Source: Actinomycetota bacterium
Lineage (GTDB): Bacteria; Actinomycetota; CADDZG01; JAHWKV01
DNA length: 64,000 bases
Direction: 5' to 3'
Assembly (NCBI GenBank): GCA_051005875.1
Contig: JBPCIX010000013.1
Coordinates: forward strand, 7,252 to 71,251
The notes under the pieces were generated by a model that did no database searches, was not told where the DNA came from, and was given only the letters and a program-made list of their open reading frames with translations. A program made the position numbers and the translations under genes. Shown here one piece after another: positions 15,496 through 25,599 of the stretch; position 1 is the stretch's first letter, and every line of letters begins with the position of its first letter.

Positions 15496-16349
15496 CCCCA
15501 GATGCAGACGCACCCGCGGAAACAATTATTCCCGTAACCGAGGCCCCTGCGGCGGCCGAAGCACCATCGGTTCCCCCCCCCTCCACGGTCCCCCCGGCCC
15601 CCCCGGCTAAAGCTCCGGGCCGACCCGGAGCTGAGCCTGGGCGAGGTGGCGGCGGCGGGCGCGGCGGCGGTGGCGGCGGCGGTGGCGGCGGTGGCGGCTA
15701 CCGAGGTGGCGGCGGCGGCGCTGGAGGGTATCGGGGCGGTGGCGGTGGCGGCGGTGGCCAAGGCGGGCCTCGTCAAGGCCGTCGTAATTCCAACAATCGA
15801 GGTCGTGACGACGACCGCGGCGGCTACATCGAAAGAATTGTCGGGCGTCCTCGCCGTGTGGCCAAGGTCTCGAAGGGAGGCCGTAGATTCTCCTTCAGCG
15901 CATTGGCCGTGGTTGGCGACGGCGCCGGCCGGGTCGGCGTGGGACAGGGCAAAGCCCGCGAAGTTCCCTCTTCGATCCAAAAGGCCACCGAAACAGCTCG
16001 CCGCGAGATGTTCAAGGTGCCGATGATCGGCGCAACCATTCCTCACACAGTCATCGGCGAGGCATCGGGCGCCCGGGTACTCCTCAAGCCAGCGTCTCCG
16101 GGAACCGGCGTCATTGCAGGCGGCCCGGTTCGAGCCGTCATCGAGGCAGCAGGAATCAAAGATATCCTCTCGAAGTCGCTCGGATCTTCCAATCCCATTA
16201 ACATCGTCAACGCAACCGTTCAAGGTTTGAAGGCCTTGGAGCATCCCGATGCGGTAGCGCTTCGGCGGGGCAAGGACGTTAAGGATGTGGCGCCCGGCTA
16301 TTTGTTGAAACCTGCAACCCTTCCAATAGCCGGCCCGATTGAGGGCTAG
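15492..16349 (+). CDS. rpsE: 30S ribosomal protein S5 with long Pro-rich and Gly/Arg-rich N-terminal extension
   Basis: [31 protein letters not shown]. Confidence 0.96.
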   Translation: MTPDADAPAETIIPVTEAPAAAEAPSVPPPSTVPPAPPAKAPGRPGAEPGRGGGGGRGGGGGGGGGGGGYRGGGGGAGGYRGGGGGGGGQGGPRQGRRNSNNRGRDDDRGGYIERIVGRPRRVAKVSKGGRRFSFSALAVVGDGAGRVGVGQGKAREVPSSIQKATETARREMFKVPMIGATIPHTVIGEASGARVLLKPASPGTGVIAGGPVRAVIEAAGIKDILSKSLGSSNPINIVNATVQGLKALEHPDAVALRRGKDVKDVAPGYLLKPATLPIAGPIEG

Positions 16350-16356
16350 GAGCACC

Positions 16357-16587
16357 ATGGATCAAATTAAGGTCACTCAAATAAAGAGCGCAGTGTCGCG
16401 ACAAAAAGATCAGGGCCGAACTCTTAAGGCTTTGGGGCTAAGACGCATTCATGACTCGGTCGAGGTGGCTGCCAAGCCCGAAATCATGGGAATGGTCAAC
16501 AAAGTCATCCACCTGGTTAAAGTCGAGCTGGTTAAGGTCGAGCAGGTTAAAGTCGAGCAGGTTAAAGTCGAGGCGGCGGGCAAATGA
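16357..16587 (+). CDS. rpmD: 50S ribosomal protein L30
   Basis: IKVTQIKS, TLKALGLRRI, GMVNKVIHLV; ATG at 16357 after AGGAG preferred over the ORF-track start. Confidence 0.95.
   Translation: MDQIKVTQIKSAVSRQKDQGRTLKALGLRRIHDSVEVAAKPEIMGMVNKVIHLVKVELVKVEQVKVEQVKVEAAGK
16513..16572 (+). repeat. 15-bp in-frame tandem repeat x4 ([LQ]VKVE) at the rpmD C-terminus
   Basis: C(T/A)GGTTAA(A/G)GTCGAG four times. Confidence 0.9.
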
Positions 16588-17054
16588 GGATCCACGATCT
16601 AGCTCCCCCTGCGGGCTCAACCAAGACTCCTATTCGGCCGGGCAGAGGCCGGGCAGGCCGGCGCGGAAAAACAGCCGGGCGCGGCACAAAAGGGGCTAAG
16701 GCCCGGGGCCAGATACCGGCCGGCTATGAAGGTGGGCAAATGCCTTTGCACATGCGCCTTCCGAAGCTTCCCGGCTTTCGTAACTTCAACCGGGTCGAAT
16801 TTACGGTGGTCAACCTCGATAGGCTCGAGCAATTTTCCGCCGACTCGGTGATCGACGCCGCGGCGCTGCGCGCCAAAGGCCTGGTCAAAAAGAAGGGTCC
16901 CATCAAGATCCTGGGCACAGGCGAAATAACCAAGCCGCTTCAGGTCCAGGCAAACGCATTTAGCTCGGCCGCCGTTACGAAAATCGAGGCGGCAGGCGGG
17001 TCGGCCCAAGTAATCGCTTCCCCTGGAAGCGCAACACCTCCCGCCGGGGGATAA
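16584..17054 (+). CDS. rplO: 50S ribosomal protein L15
   Basis: GKTAGRGTKG, EGGQMPL, KILGTGE. Confidence 0.98.
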   Translation: MRIHDLAPPAGSTKTPIRPGRGRAGRRGKTAGRGTKGAKARGQIPAGYEGGQMPLHMRLPKLPGFRNFNRVEFTVVNLDRLEQFSADSVIDAAALRAKGLVKKKGPIKILGTGEITKPLQVQANAFSSAAVTKIEAAGGSAQVIASPGSATPPAGG

Positions 17055-17063
17055 TACCCGCCA

Positions 17064-18350
17064 ATGCTTGCAGCAATAAAAAACGCCTTTAAGATTCCGG
17101 ATCTTCGAAAGAAGATCTTCTTTACGATTTTTATCATCATCATTTTCCGAATCGGGGCGTTCCTACCCGCCCCCGGTGTTGACGCTGCGGCGGCACGCAA
17201 GCTTGCCAACTCGTCGGACAACCTGATCAGACTGCTCAATCTGTTCTCGGGCGGCGCCCTTACTTCCCTCGCGGTGTTCGCTCTGGGGATCATGCCTTAC
17301 ATAACATCGAGCATCATCATGCAACTGCTGACGGTGGTAATCCCCAAGCTCGAGGCATGGCAAAAAGAGGGTGAGACGGGCACCAAGAAAATCACCCAGT
17401 GGACGCGGTACCTGACTATTAGCCTGGCGGTCATGCAGTCAACCGGGGTTGTATTTCTGGCGCACAGGGGCGGTTTTAAGGACAGTGCAAACCAGGCGGT
17501 CGATTTGATCCATCCATTTACTCCCGGCAGGGTGGCGCTCATTGTCCTGACGCTCACCGCTGGCACCGCGTTAGTTATGTGGCTGGGCGAGCTGATTACT
17601 CAAAGGGGCATCGGGAACGGAATGTCTATCTTGATCTTTACAAGCGTTGTGTCGGCATTGCCTGCGCAGGGCGGCGACATTTTGGTTCAACTTGGGCCGA
17701 TCTGGTTCTCGGTCATTATCGCCCTTGCAATTGCGATTATCGTGGGGATAGTCATAGTGGAACAAGGTCAGCGGCGAATCCCTGTGCAGTATGCAAAGCG
17801 AGTTGTCGGCAGGAAAATGATGGGTGGAGGCTCAACCTACATTCCCCTCAAGGTGAACCAGTCGGGAGTTATACCAATCATCTTTGCTTCGAGCGTCTTG
17901 TACTTCCCAGCGCTACTTGTCACCGTGGTTCAATGGAAGCCTCTACGTAACTTGATCGAAAATCATCTCGCCAACCAGGCGTCCCCCGTTCACATAATTC
18001 TGTACGGATTGTTGGTGATTGGGTTTGCCTACTTTTACACCGCGATTGCCTTTGACCCGCTGAAAGTGGCCGACGACATGAAGAAGTACGGAGGCTTTAT
18101 TCCGGGGATCCGGCCCGGACGAGCAACAGCCGAGCATCTCAACTACATTTTGGCCCGCATCACCTTGCCCGGCGCTTTGTTCATCGCGTCAATAGCAATC
18201 CTTCCCTCGATAGCCCTTGCGACGTTGCAGGTCAGATCTCTGCCCTTCGGCGGAACATCCGTTCTGATTACGGTCGGGGTTGCCCTCGAAATGATGAAGC
18301 AGTTGGAATCCCAACTGATGATGCGCCACTACGAAGGCTTTTTGTCATAG
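17064..18350 (+). CDS. secY: Preprotein translocase subunit SecY
   Basis: FALGIMPYITSSII, GIGNGMS, IPGIRPG; multiple transmembrane segments. Confidence 0.99.
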   Translation: MLAAIKNAFKIPDLRKKIFFTIFIIIIFRIGAFLPAPGVDAAAARKLANSSDNLIRLLNLFSGGALTSLAVFALGIMPYITSSIIMQLLTVVIPKLEAWQKEGETGTKKITQWTRYLTISLAVMQSTGVVFLAHRGGFKDSANQAVDLIHPFTPGRVALIVLTLTAGTALVMWLGELITQRGIGNGMSILIFTSVVSALPAQGGDILVQLGPIWFSVIIALAIAIIVGIVIVEQGQRRIPVQYAKRVVGRKMMGGGSTYIPLKVNQSGVIPIIFASSVLYFPALLVTVVQWKPLRNLIENHLANQASPVHIILYGLLVIGFAYFYTAIAFDPLKVADDMKKYGGFIPGIRPGRATAEHLNYILARITLPGALFIASIAILPSIALATLQVRSLPFGGTSVLITVGVALEMMKQLESQLMMRHYEGFLS

Positions 18351-18390
18351 TGGCTTCCTGCCGCGCTTCTTCGCCGCAACTGCACTGACG

Positions 18391-19032
18391 ATGAGGCTCG
18401 TCTTCCTGGGCCCCCCTGGGGCCGGCAAAGGCACACAGGCATACCGGCTGACCCGGCATTTCAATCTCCTGCATGTGGCCACGGGCGACATGCTTAGGCG
18501 TGCCGTCGAAAGCGGAACGACTCTTGGGCTTCACATGAAGGAAATTATGGATTCGGGCGACCTTGTCCCCGATGAACTGACGAACCAACTCGTGGGCGAG
18601 GCAATCTCATCCGACGAGGCGGCGAAAGGTTTCATCCTTGACGGATATCCTCGAAATGTGGTGCAAGCGGAAGCGTTAGAAAGCACGCTATCGTCAACCG
18701 GGGCCCGGCTCGACAATGTAGTCCGCTTTATGGTCAAGGGCCCTGAAATTGCAGCCCGGCTTGCCGGCCGAAGAGTTTGCCCGGTCTGCAAGTCGCTCTA
18801 TCACATCCAAACCCACCCACCGAAAGTAAAATGGGTTTGCGACAACGAGGGGGCCGAACTTGTTCAAAGACCCGACGACCAGGAGGAGACTATATTGCGC
18901 CGTCTTGAGGTTTACGGACAAAAGACCCGGCCGCTTTTCGATTTCTATGCGGCGATCAAGCTGCTGACGGATATGGACGCCATGGGCTCTGAGGACGAAG
19001 TATTCGGGCGCCTGCTCACCGCAATTAAGTAA
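18391..19032 (+). CDS. adk: Adenylate kinase
   Basis: GPPGAGKGTQA, GFILDGYPR, LID with CPVC...CDNE. Confidence 0.98.
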   Translation: MRLVFLGPPGAGKGTQAYRLTRHFNLLHVATGDMLRRAVESGTTLGLHMKEIMDSGDLVPDELTNQLVGEAISSDEAAKGFILDGYPRNVVQAEALESTLSSTGARLDNVVRFMVKGPEIAARLAGRRVCPVCKSLYHIQTHPPKVKWVCDNEGAELVQRPDDQEETILRRLEVYGQKTRPLFDFYAAIKLLTDMDAMGSEDEVFGRLLTAIK

Positions 19033-19048
19033 GGACCGGCAGGTCTGA

Positions 19049-19798
19049 GTGATAATTCGTAAGACCCCCGAACAAATCCAGGCCATGCGCCGGGCCGGGC
19101 GCGCGCTGGCCGAGGTTTACAAGGACCTCGAGCAGGCCGTCAAGCCGGGGGCAAATGTCCTTGAACTCGATAAGCTCGTTGAAAGATCTATTCGCCTGCG
19201 GGGGGCCACGCCCTCTTTTCTTGGGTATCGCGGGTTCCCGGCAAGCATATGCGCCTCGGTTAACGATGTCGTGGTGCATGGCATCCCGACCGACAGGGCC
19301 TTGCAAGAGGGCGACATATTTTCGGCTGACCTCGGCCTGATACTCGAAGGCTGGCACGCCGACTGCGCCCGAACCTACCCTGTAGGAAAAATCGAAGCCG
19401 AGACCGCGCGCTTGTTGACCGTCACCGACCAGTCCCTGGCCGCTGGTATCGAGCAATGCCGCCCCGGTAACCACATGACGGACATCTCACACGCGATACA
19501 AACGGTGGTCGAAGCTGCCGGATTCAGCATAGTAAGGGAGTACGCAGGGCACCAAATAGGCCGCCAGTTGCATGAAGGCGACATTTGGGTGTCGAATTTC
19601 GGCACTCCCGGCAAGGGTCCCAAACTCCAGCCCGGAATGGTGTTCGCCATCGAGCCGATGGTAAACGCCGGCGGCTGGCAAACAAGGGTGCTCGACGACG
19701 GTTGGACGGTAGTAACCGAGGACGGAAGCCTCTCGGCGCATTTTGAGCACACCGTCGCCATAACCGCAGAAGGCCCGCTGGTCCTCACCGCGGCCTAG
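19049..19798 (+). CDS. map: Methionine aminopeptidase type I
   Basis: CASVNDVVVHGIP, GHQIGRQLHE, AIEPM, SAHFEHT. Confidence 0.98.
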   Translation: MIIRKTPEQIQAMRRAGRALAEVYKDLEQAVKPGANVLELDKLVERSIRLRGATPSFLGYRGFPASICASVNDVVVHGIPTDRALQEGDIFSADLGLILEGWHADCARTYPVGKIEAETARLLTVTDQSLAAGIEQCRPGNHMTDISHAIQTVVEAAGFSIVREYAGHQIGRQLHEGDIWVSNFGTPGKGPKLQPGMVFAIEPMVNAGGWQTRVLDDGWTVVTEDGSLSAHFEHTVAITAEGPLVLTAA

Positions 19799-19998
19799 TC
19801 CACTAGTGTCGTTAGAGGGGCGGCTGGCGGCGCTGGATTTTGGCGGCGTGAACCGCCCGGCCCACGGGCACGAGCCTGGATGGTATAGTAATTCGTCCGG
19901 GCAAACGCCCCTTTTGCTTGCGCGCAAAGGACGATTAATCGGAATCAGCACCGCGATGTTACTACTTCGCGGTTCTCGCTCGGTGTCAATGGAGGTAA

Positions 19999-20241
19999 AT
20001 GGCAACAAAGGATACGTCCGGCAAGGAAGCCGCTATTCGGGTGGAAGGTACTGTTATAGAGCCGCTGCCTAATGCGATGTTCCGCGTCGAGATTCCGGGC
20101 GGTCACCGGGTGTTGGCTCATATCGGCGGAAAAATGCGAATGAACTACATTCGGGTGCTTCCGGGAGACCGAGTCGAGGTTGAGATGTCGCCTTACGATT
20201 TGACCAGAGGTCGTATCGTCTGGCTTTTCAGGAACAAGTGA
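19999..20241 (+). CDS. infA: Translation initiation factor IF-1
   Basis: [33 protein letters not shown]. Confidence 0.98.
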   Translation: MATKDTSGKEAAIRVEGTVIEPLPNAMFRVEIPGGHRVLAHIGGKMRMNYIRVLPGDRVEVEMSPYDLTRGRIVWLFRNK

Positions 20242-20263
20242 GAATTCTTAAAGAAAGAAGCAA

Positions 20264-20377
20264 ATGAAAGTTAGGCCGAGCGTCAAAAAAATGTGTGAGA
20301 AGTGCAAGATAGTTCGTCGCCACGGCACCGTGCGCGTAATTTGCACCAATCCGCGTCATAAGCAAAGGCAGGGCTAA
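20264..20377 (+). CDS. rpmJ: 50S ribosomal protein L36 (not in ORF track)
   Basis: Translated by hand: [37 protein letters not shown]. Confidence 0.98.
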   Translation: MKVRPSVKKMCEKCKIVRRHGTVRVICTNPRHKQRQG

Positions 20378-20382
20378 ATGGT

Positions 20383-20486
20383 CCAGAACGCCCCTGCATC
20401 CCCGATCGCGGTGTTTATCAGGCGCTTGCGTGCACAGCACGCGGCGCACCTTCGCGCCTTGCGCTCGGGGCGCAGGAACGTTCTGG
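20383..20486 (+). repeat. Dispersed palindromic element, copy 2
   Basis: Arms CCAGAACG..CCTGC..CCCCGA / TCGGGG..GCAGG..CGTTCTGG; 25-nt core CGCTTGCGTGCACAGCACGCGGCGC identical to the reverse complement of copy 3. Confidence 0.8.
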
Positions 20487-20502
20487 GTCCGGAAGGGACC
20501 AA

Positions 20503-20883
20503 ATGGCGCGCGTAGCTGGAGTAGACCTTCCTCGCGAGAAGCGGCTTGAGGTTGCTCTTACTTATATTTTTGGGATTGGGCCCACTCGGTCCGGCTTAAT
20601 TACCAAGGGCGCCATGGTCGATGCCAACACCCGAGTCAGAGACCTTTCCGATGACGAAGTGGTGCGCCTCAGAGGATTCATCGAAAGCAACTATCAAATC
20701 GAGGGCGACCTTCGTCGCGAAGAAACTCAAAATATTAAGCGCAAGGTTGAAATCGCCTGCTACCAGGGCATTCGGCACCGCAGAGGCCTTCCGGTTCATG
20801 GGCAAAGGACGCACACGAATGCCCGGACCCGCAAGGGCCCCAAGAAGACAGTCGGCGCAAAACGCAAGAAGGGGATCAAGTAA
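20503..20883 (+). CDS. rpsM: 30S ribosomal protein S13
   Basis: [32 protein letters not shown]. Confidence 0.99.
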   Translation: MARVAGVDLPREKRLEVALTYIFGIGPTRSGLITKGAMVDANTRVRDLSDDEVVRLRGFIESNYQIEGDLRREETQNIKRKVEIACYQGIRHRRGLPVHGQRTHTNARTRKGPKKTVGAKRKKGIK

Positions 20884-20886
20884 CCA

Positions 20887-21273
20887 ATGCCTAAGCCGAA
20901 AAAAGCAAAGAAGAAGGAAAAGAAGAATATTCCCCATGGCCAGGCTCACATCAAGTCGACCTTTAACAACACGATTGTTTCGATCACCGACCTCGAAGGC
21001 AATTCCCTTGCGTGGGCGTCGGCGGGAAATGTCGGCTTCAAGGGATCCAGGAAGTCCACCCCTTTTGCAGCCCAGCTTGCAGCCGAATCCGCCAGTCGCA
21101 AAGCGCAGGAGCACGGCGTTCGCAAGGTTGACGTTTACGTCAAGGGCCCCGGCTCAGGCCGCGAGACCGCCATTCGATCGCTGCAGGCCTCGGGCCTCGA
21201 GATCCTGGGAATAGTGGATCACACTCCGGTCCCCCACAACGGCTGCCGCCCTCGCAAACGGCGCAGAGTATGA
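20887..21273 (+). CDS. rpsK: 30S ribosomal protein S11
   Basis: [28 protein letters not shown]. Confidence 0.99.
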   Translation: MPKPKKAKKKEKKNIPHGQAHIKSTFNNTIVSITDLEGNSLAWASAGNVGFKGSRKSTPFAAQLAAESASRKAQEHGVRKVDVYVKGPGSGRETAIRSLQASGLEILGIVDHTPVPHNGCRPRKRRRV

Positions 21274-21283
21274 GGACTATTTA

Positions 21284-21910
21284 ATGCCCAACCAAGCTGA
21301 ATCTGTTTGCCGGCTTTGCCGGCGTGAGCGAATGAAGTTGTTTCTCAAAGGAACCCGCTGCGAGGGGCCCAAGTGCGCAATTGAGCGCCGGCCGTATCCT
21401 CCGGGCGAACATGGCCGCGGGCGAATCAAAGAGAGCGAGTACTTGCTTCAGCTCCGCGAGAAGCAAAAGGCGCGCCGCATTTATCGAATTCGCGAAAAGC
21501 AGTTCCGCGGGTACTACGAGCGGGCGACCCGGGCCAAGGGCATCACCGGCACCAAGCTGCTTCAGTTACTCGAGTCGAGGCTCGACAACGTCGTCTACCG
21601 GGGCGGGCTGAGCATGAGCCGCGACCAGGCCCGGCAATTCGTGAATCACGGCCATTTTCAGGTCAACGGCAAAAAGGTTGACATCCCCTCTTATCAGGTA
21701 AAACCCGATGACGTCGTCGAGGTGCGGCCGCGTTCGCGCTCCGTCGGCAGAATCGTTGAATCGGCTGCTTACGCGGCCGGAAGATCGATCCCCGACTGGC
21801 TAAGGCTTGAGCCGGGTGAGCTGCGCATAAGCATCGTTCAAGAACCAACCCGCGAACTGATTGACGTTCCGGTCCAAGAACAACTGATTGTCGAGCTGTA
21901 CAGCAAGTAG
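21284..21910 (+). CDS. rpsD: 30S ribosomal protein S4 (Cys-containing form)
   Basis: CRLCRRE, PPGEHG, LESRLDNVVYR, LIVELYSK. Confidence 0.98.
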   Translation: MPNQAESVCRLCRRERMKLFLKGTRCEGPKCAIERRPYPPGEHGRGRIKESEYLLQLREKQKARRIYRIREKQFRGYYERATRAKGITGTKLLQLLESRLDNVVYRGGLSMSRDQARQFVNHGHFQVNGKKVDIPSYQVKPDDVVEVRPRSRSVGRIVESAAYAAGRSIPDWLRLEPGELRISIVQEPTRELIDVPVQEQLIVELYSK

Positions 21911-21990
21911 CGCCACTTTTCGCATCTGAAAAGGGCCACCGTTGGCGGATTCAGGACGCTAACGGTAAAGAAAACTAGAAGGAGACAGAT

Positions 21991-22944
21991 TTGGAATCCA
22001 ACCTACTGATCGTTCACCGACCCCACATTTCCGTTGACGAGGGGGATGATCCCAACCAGGCAAAGGTGACGATCGAACCTCTCGAGCCGGGATTTGGCTA
22101 CACCCTGGGCAACTCGCTCAGGCGCACCCTCATTTCCTCAATCCCGGGGGCCGCTATTACGTCGATTAAAATCGAAGGGATTCAGCATGAGTTCTCGACG
22201 ATTCCGGGCATCAAGGAAGATGTCACAGACATCATCTTGAACCTCAAGCAACTTGTACTGCGCTCTGAGTCGGATGAACCGATCGCGATGAGAATCAACC
22301 TTTCGGGGCCCAAAGATGTGACTGCCGCAGATATCGAGGCGCCCGCGGAGATAACAATCTTGAATCCCGACCTTCACATCTGCACGATTAACAAGCGGGC
22401 GCACTTTGAAGTTGAGCTAAATGTCGAAAAGGGCCGCGGCTACGTTCCTGCCGAGCGCAACAAGCCGGTGGGGTCGCCTATAGGGCTGGTTCCCATCGAC
22501 TCGCTGTTTTCGCCGACACGGCGGGTCACCTACTCCGTCGAATCAACCCGTGTGGAGCAAAAAACCGACTACGACCGACTGATTCTAGACATCGAAACCA
22601 ACGGCAGCTTGACACCCAAGGAAGCGCTCTCCGCAGCCGGCGGCACCCTCGTCGAGCTATTTCAGCTCTTCTCGGAACTTGCCGAAGGCCCTGGGCTGCA
22701 GTTGGGGCCGGAAATCGGCCCAGAGGCTGCCGGCATCGACCTCGGCATGCCTATTGAGGACATGGAGCTTTCCGTACGTTCCTATAATTGCCTAAAGCGT
22801 GAAAGCGTGGTCAACCTGGGCCAGCTTATCGAGCGAACCGAAAAGGATCTTTTGGATATCCGGAACTTTGGCCAAAAGTCCATCGACGAAATCAAGCACA
22901 AACTGATGGAAATGGGCATGACACTCAAGCAGAAGGACTGGTAA
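21991..22944 (+). CDS. rpoA: DNA-directed RNA polymerase subunit alpha
   Basis: [35 protein letters not shown]. Confidence 0.99.
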   Translation: MESNLLIVHRPHISVDEGDDPNQAKVTIEPLEPGFGYTLGNSLRRTLISSIPGAAITSIKIEGIQHEFSTIPGIKEDVTDIILNLKQLVLRSESDEPIAMRINLSGPKDVTAADIEAPAEITILNPDLHICTINKRAHFEVELNVEKGRGYVPAERNKPVGSPIGLVPIDSLFSPTRRVTYSVESTRVEQKTDYDRLILDIETNGSLTPKEALSAAGGTLVELFQLFSELAEGPGLQLGPEIGPEAAGIDLGMPIEDMELSVRSYNCLKRESVVNLGQLIERTEKDLLDIRNFGQKSIDEIKHKLMEMGMTLKQKDW

Positions 22945-22951
22945 CGGCCCG

Positions 22952-23674
22952 ATGCCCAAACCTACAAAAGGAACAAGGCTGGGCGCCAGCCCATCTCATC
23001 AGGCAATGATGCTGAATGGCATGGCATCGCAACTCATCGTTCACGAACGAATCCGGACCACCGAGACCAAGGCCAAGCGCCTGCGCCCGGTGGCCGAAAA
23101 ACTGATCACCCTGGGCAAAGACGGCTCGGTCCATGCGCGCCGAAGGGCCCTCAGGATGATCGAGGATCGCGAGGTCATCCATAAGCTCTTCGCCGATGTT
23201 GCCCCCAGGTTCGCCGACCGCAACGGCGGATATACCAGGGTCCTGAAACTGGGTACACGACAGGGCGACGCCGCCCCGATGGCCATCATCGAACTTGTCG
23301 AAGGAGCGGTGGAAGCTGCGCCCTCGCCCGACGCCGACCAAAAGCGCCGCCGTGGCCTAAGAAGGCGCAAGCCTGCGAAGATCCCGGAAGCCGAGGCATC
23401 CGCAGTAGAAACCTCGGAAGTCGAGGAAGCCCAAGCGCCCGCGGCAAACACTGTTGTGGAACCCGAGGTCCAAGATGGCGCCGGCGAGGCCGTAACAACG
23501 GCTGCTCCCGAAGCCGCTGCCACTCCCGAAGCCGAGATTGCCGAGCCGGAAGCTGGGCCGGCAGCGAATCCTACCGAGGCAGCGGTCGAAACAACCGCCC
23601 CTCAGCCTGAAGTTAAAGCAGACAAACCTGAAGTTAAACCAGACAAAGACGAGGAAACCGGTAGCCCGGCCTAA
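22952..23674 (+). CDS. rplQ: 50S ribosomal protein L17 with acidic Ala/Glu/Pro tail
   Basis: [28 protein letters not shown]. Confidence 0.97.
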   Translation: MPKPTKGTRLGASPSHQAMMLNGMASQLIVHERIRTTETKAKRLRPVAEKLITLGKDGSVHARRRALRMIEDREVIHKLFADVAPRFADRNGGYTRVLKLGTRQGDAAPMAIIELVEGAVEAAPSPDADQKRRRGLRRRKPAKIPEAEASAVETSEVEEAQAPAANTVVEPEVQDGAGEAVTTAAPEAAATPEAEIAEPEAGPAANPTEAAVETTAPQPEVKADKPEVKPDKDEETGSPA

Positions 23675-23704
23675 AGGATCTTTAGGCACCGCCGAGCGCA
23701 CTTA

Positions 23705-24454
23705 ATGCCGACTTACAGGCTTGTCCTTGCCTACGATGGCGGGGGGTTCCGTGGATTTGCAACTCAACCCGGCGCCGAGACTGTTCAGGGCTCGATAGAG
23801 GGTGCGCTGGCCAAGGTGTGCGGTCAAAAGATCACCACGACAGGCGCCGCCCGCACCGATGCGGGTGTTCATGCTCTGGGGCAAGTAATGTCCTTTCGCG
23901 TCGACGCTGAGCTTGACACGCAGGATCTCCTCCAGTCGTTGAACTCCATTTGCGGCCCAGAGATAGCGATTTTCTCGCTGGATAGGGCACCCGACGGTTT
24001 CGACGCCAGGTTTTCAGCCGAGGCTCGCAGCTACGAGTACGCAATCTTCAACAGAAGCATCCACGACCCTTTCTCGCGCCACACCACCTGGCACATTCCC
24101 CATCCCCTCGATCACGCTTTAATGGCCAAGGCTGCCGAACCCCTTCCCGGCGAGCACGCTTTTGACTCTTTTGGAAGGGTTTTCGAGGGAAAGCCGACGG
24201 TTCGCCGCCTAGAGTCAATCGAGATCGAAAAAACCGGAGATTTGATCGCCATCCGCCTGACGGCCAACTCCTTTCTTCAGCAGATGGTGCGCTCCATCGT
24301 GGGCACCCTGGTGAAGGCGGGGCAGGGCAAGTTAGACCCGGCTGAAATGGATGGCATACTTCATGCAAAGGATCGATCAGCGGCCGGTCCCGTAGCTCCC
24401 CCGCATGGCTTGTTCCTCGTTTCAGTGACGTACCCCGAGGAACTCCTTGGCTAG
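23705..24454 (+). CDS. truA: tRNA pseudouridine(38-40) synthase
   Basis: AYDGGGFRGF, ARTDAGVHALGQV, FLQQMVRSIVG, APPHGLFL. Confidence 0.97.
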   Translation: MPTYRLVLAYDGGGFRGFATQPGAETVQGSIEGALAKVCGQKITTTGAARTDAGVHALGQVMSFRVDAELDTQDLLQSLNSICGPEIAIFSLDRAPDGFDARFSAEARSYEYAIFNRSIHDPFSRHTTWHIPHPLDHALMAKAAEPLPGEHAFDSFGRVFEGKPTVRRLESIEIEKTGDLIAIRLTANSFLQQMVRSIVGTLVKAGQGKLDPAEMDGILHAKDRSAAGPVAPPHGLFLVSVTYPEELLG

Positions 24455-24597
24455 CGCCCTGACCCAGCAATCGACGAATTGGGCACAGGGAGCGATGCTC
24501 TGTTACCGTACTACTACGCTTTCAGGTGTCGCTCAGCGAGCGAGCTTAGAGTAAAGCAAAATCGCGCCGGAATCGAAGCCGGAATCGAAAGGTCTAA

Positions 24598-25110
24598 ATG
24601 CAAAAAACTCATGCTGTAAAACTGTCGGAAATTGATCGCAAATGGTGGATCGTCGATGCCACAGACATCATTTTGGGGCGTCTGGCCGCCGACGTAGCCC
24701 ACGTCCTTCGTGGCAAGCACAAGGCCGCTTTCGTCCAGCACCTCGACAACGGTGACAACGTCATCGTCGTCAACGCTTCGAAGATTCGGTTGAGCGGCAA
24801 TAAGGCGACCGCCAAAGTTTGGTACCGCCACTCGGGATTTCCGGGGGGGCTGACCGAGATGACCTATGACAAGCTGCTGGCCACACGCCCGGAAAAGGCC
24901 GTCGAGAAGGCCATCACCGGCATGCTGCCCCGCACCCGGTTGGGCCGGGCGATGGCGCACAAATTGAAGGTCTACGCAGGTCCGGAGCATCCTCATGAGT
25001 CTCAGCAGCCGCAACCTCTGAAGATCGGCACCTTCCGGGGCGAAGCAGTTGTGGCAGGAACCGCCGTCGCCGCGACCCAAACTCACGCCGCTGAAAAGGT
25101 AACCACTTAA
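24598..25110 (+). CDS. rplM: 50S ribosomal protein L13
   Basis: [33 protein letters not shown]. Confidence 0.98.
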   Translation: MQKTHAVKLSEIDRKWWIVDATDIILGRLAADVAHVLRGKHKAAFVQHLDNGDNVIVVNASKIRLSGNKATAKVWYRHSGFPGGLTEMTYDKLLATRPEKAVEKAITGMLPRTRLGRAMAHKLKVYAGPEHPHESQQPQPLKIGTFRGEAVVAGTAVAATQTHAAEKVTT

Positions 25111-25532
25111 TGGCTGGCGCTACCAAGGACAAGGTGAAGAGCCCGGAATTATCCCGCGCGACGGGACGCCGGAAAGAGGCGGTTGCCAGAGTCCGGCTCG
25201 CCCAGGGTGAGGGCAATTTTGCAATAAACGGCAAAAGGCCGCTTGACGACTATTTCCCCAACATCGCCATCCGCAGAATCATCCTTGAGCCCCTCGAAGT
25301 TGTCGAGCGAATGAACGCATACGACATCAGCGCCCGCATCGAAGGCGGCGGTGTCAGTGGGCAAGCCGGGGCGCTCAGGCATGCAATCGCCAGGGCCCTA
25401 ATTGAACTTGAGCCGGACCTGAGACCAACCCTTAAAAAAGCCGGCTTCTTGACCCGCGATTCAAGAATCAAGGAACGGCGCAAGTACGGGCTGAAGAAGG
25501 CTCGCAAGGCGCCTCAGTACTCCAAGCGTTAG
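25110..25532 (+). CDS. rpsI: 30S ribosomal protein S9
   Basis: [33 protein letters not shown]. Confidence 0.99.
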   Translation: MAGATKDKVKSPELSRATGRRKEAVARVRLAQGEGNFAINGKRPLDDYFPNIAIRRIILEPLEVVERMNAYDISARIEGGGVSGQAGALRHAIARALIELEPDLRPTLKKAGFLTRDSRIKERRKYGLKKARKAPQYSKR

Positions 25533-25599
25533 GCCTGCTCGAACCAGCTCGTGGGTCAAGGCAAACAATTGACCGGCGTGGGAACTATAGGATCTGAAA

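Noticed and set aside
15243-16358. 371-aa antisense ORF over rplR/rpsE, and similar long antisense ORFs over rpoC, fusA, guaA and clpC
   Set aside because: Shadow frames of GC-rich conserved genes with no recognisable motifs
19806-20072. 88-aa ORF between map and infA
   Set aside because: Overlaps infA out of frame and has no motifs; the region looks like the infA promoter/leader
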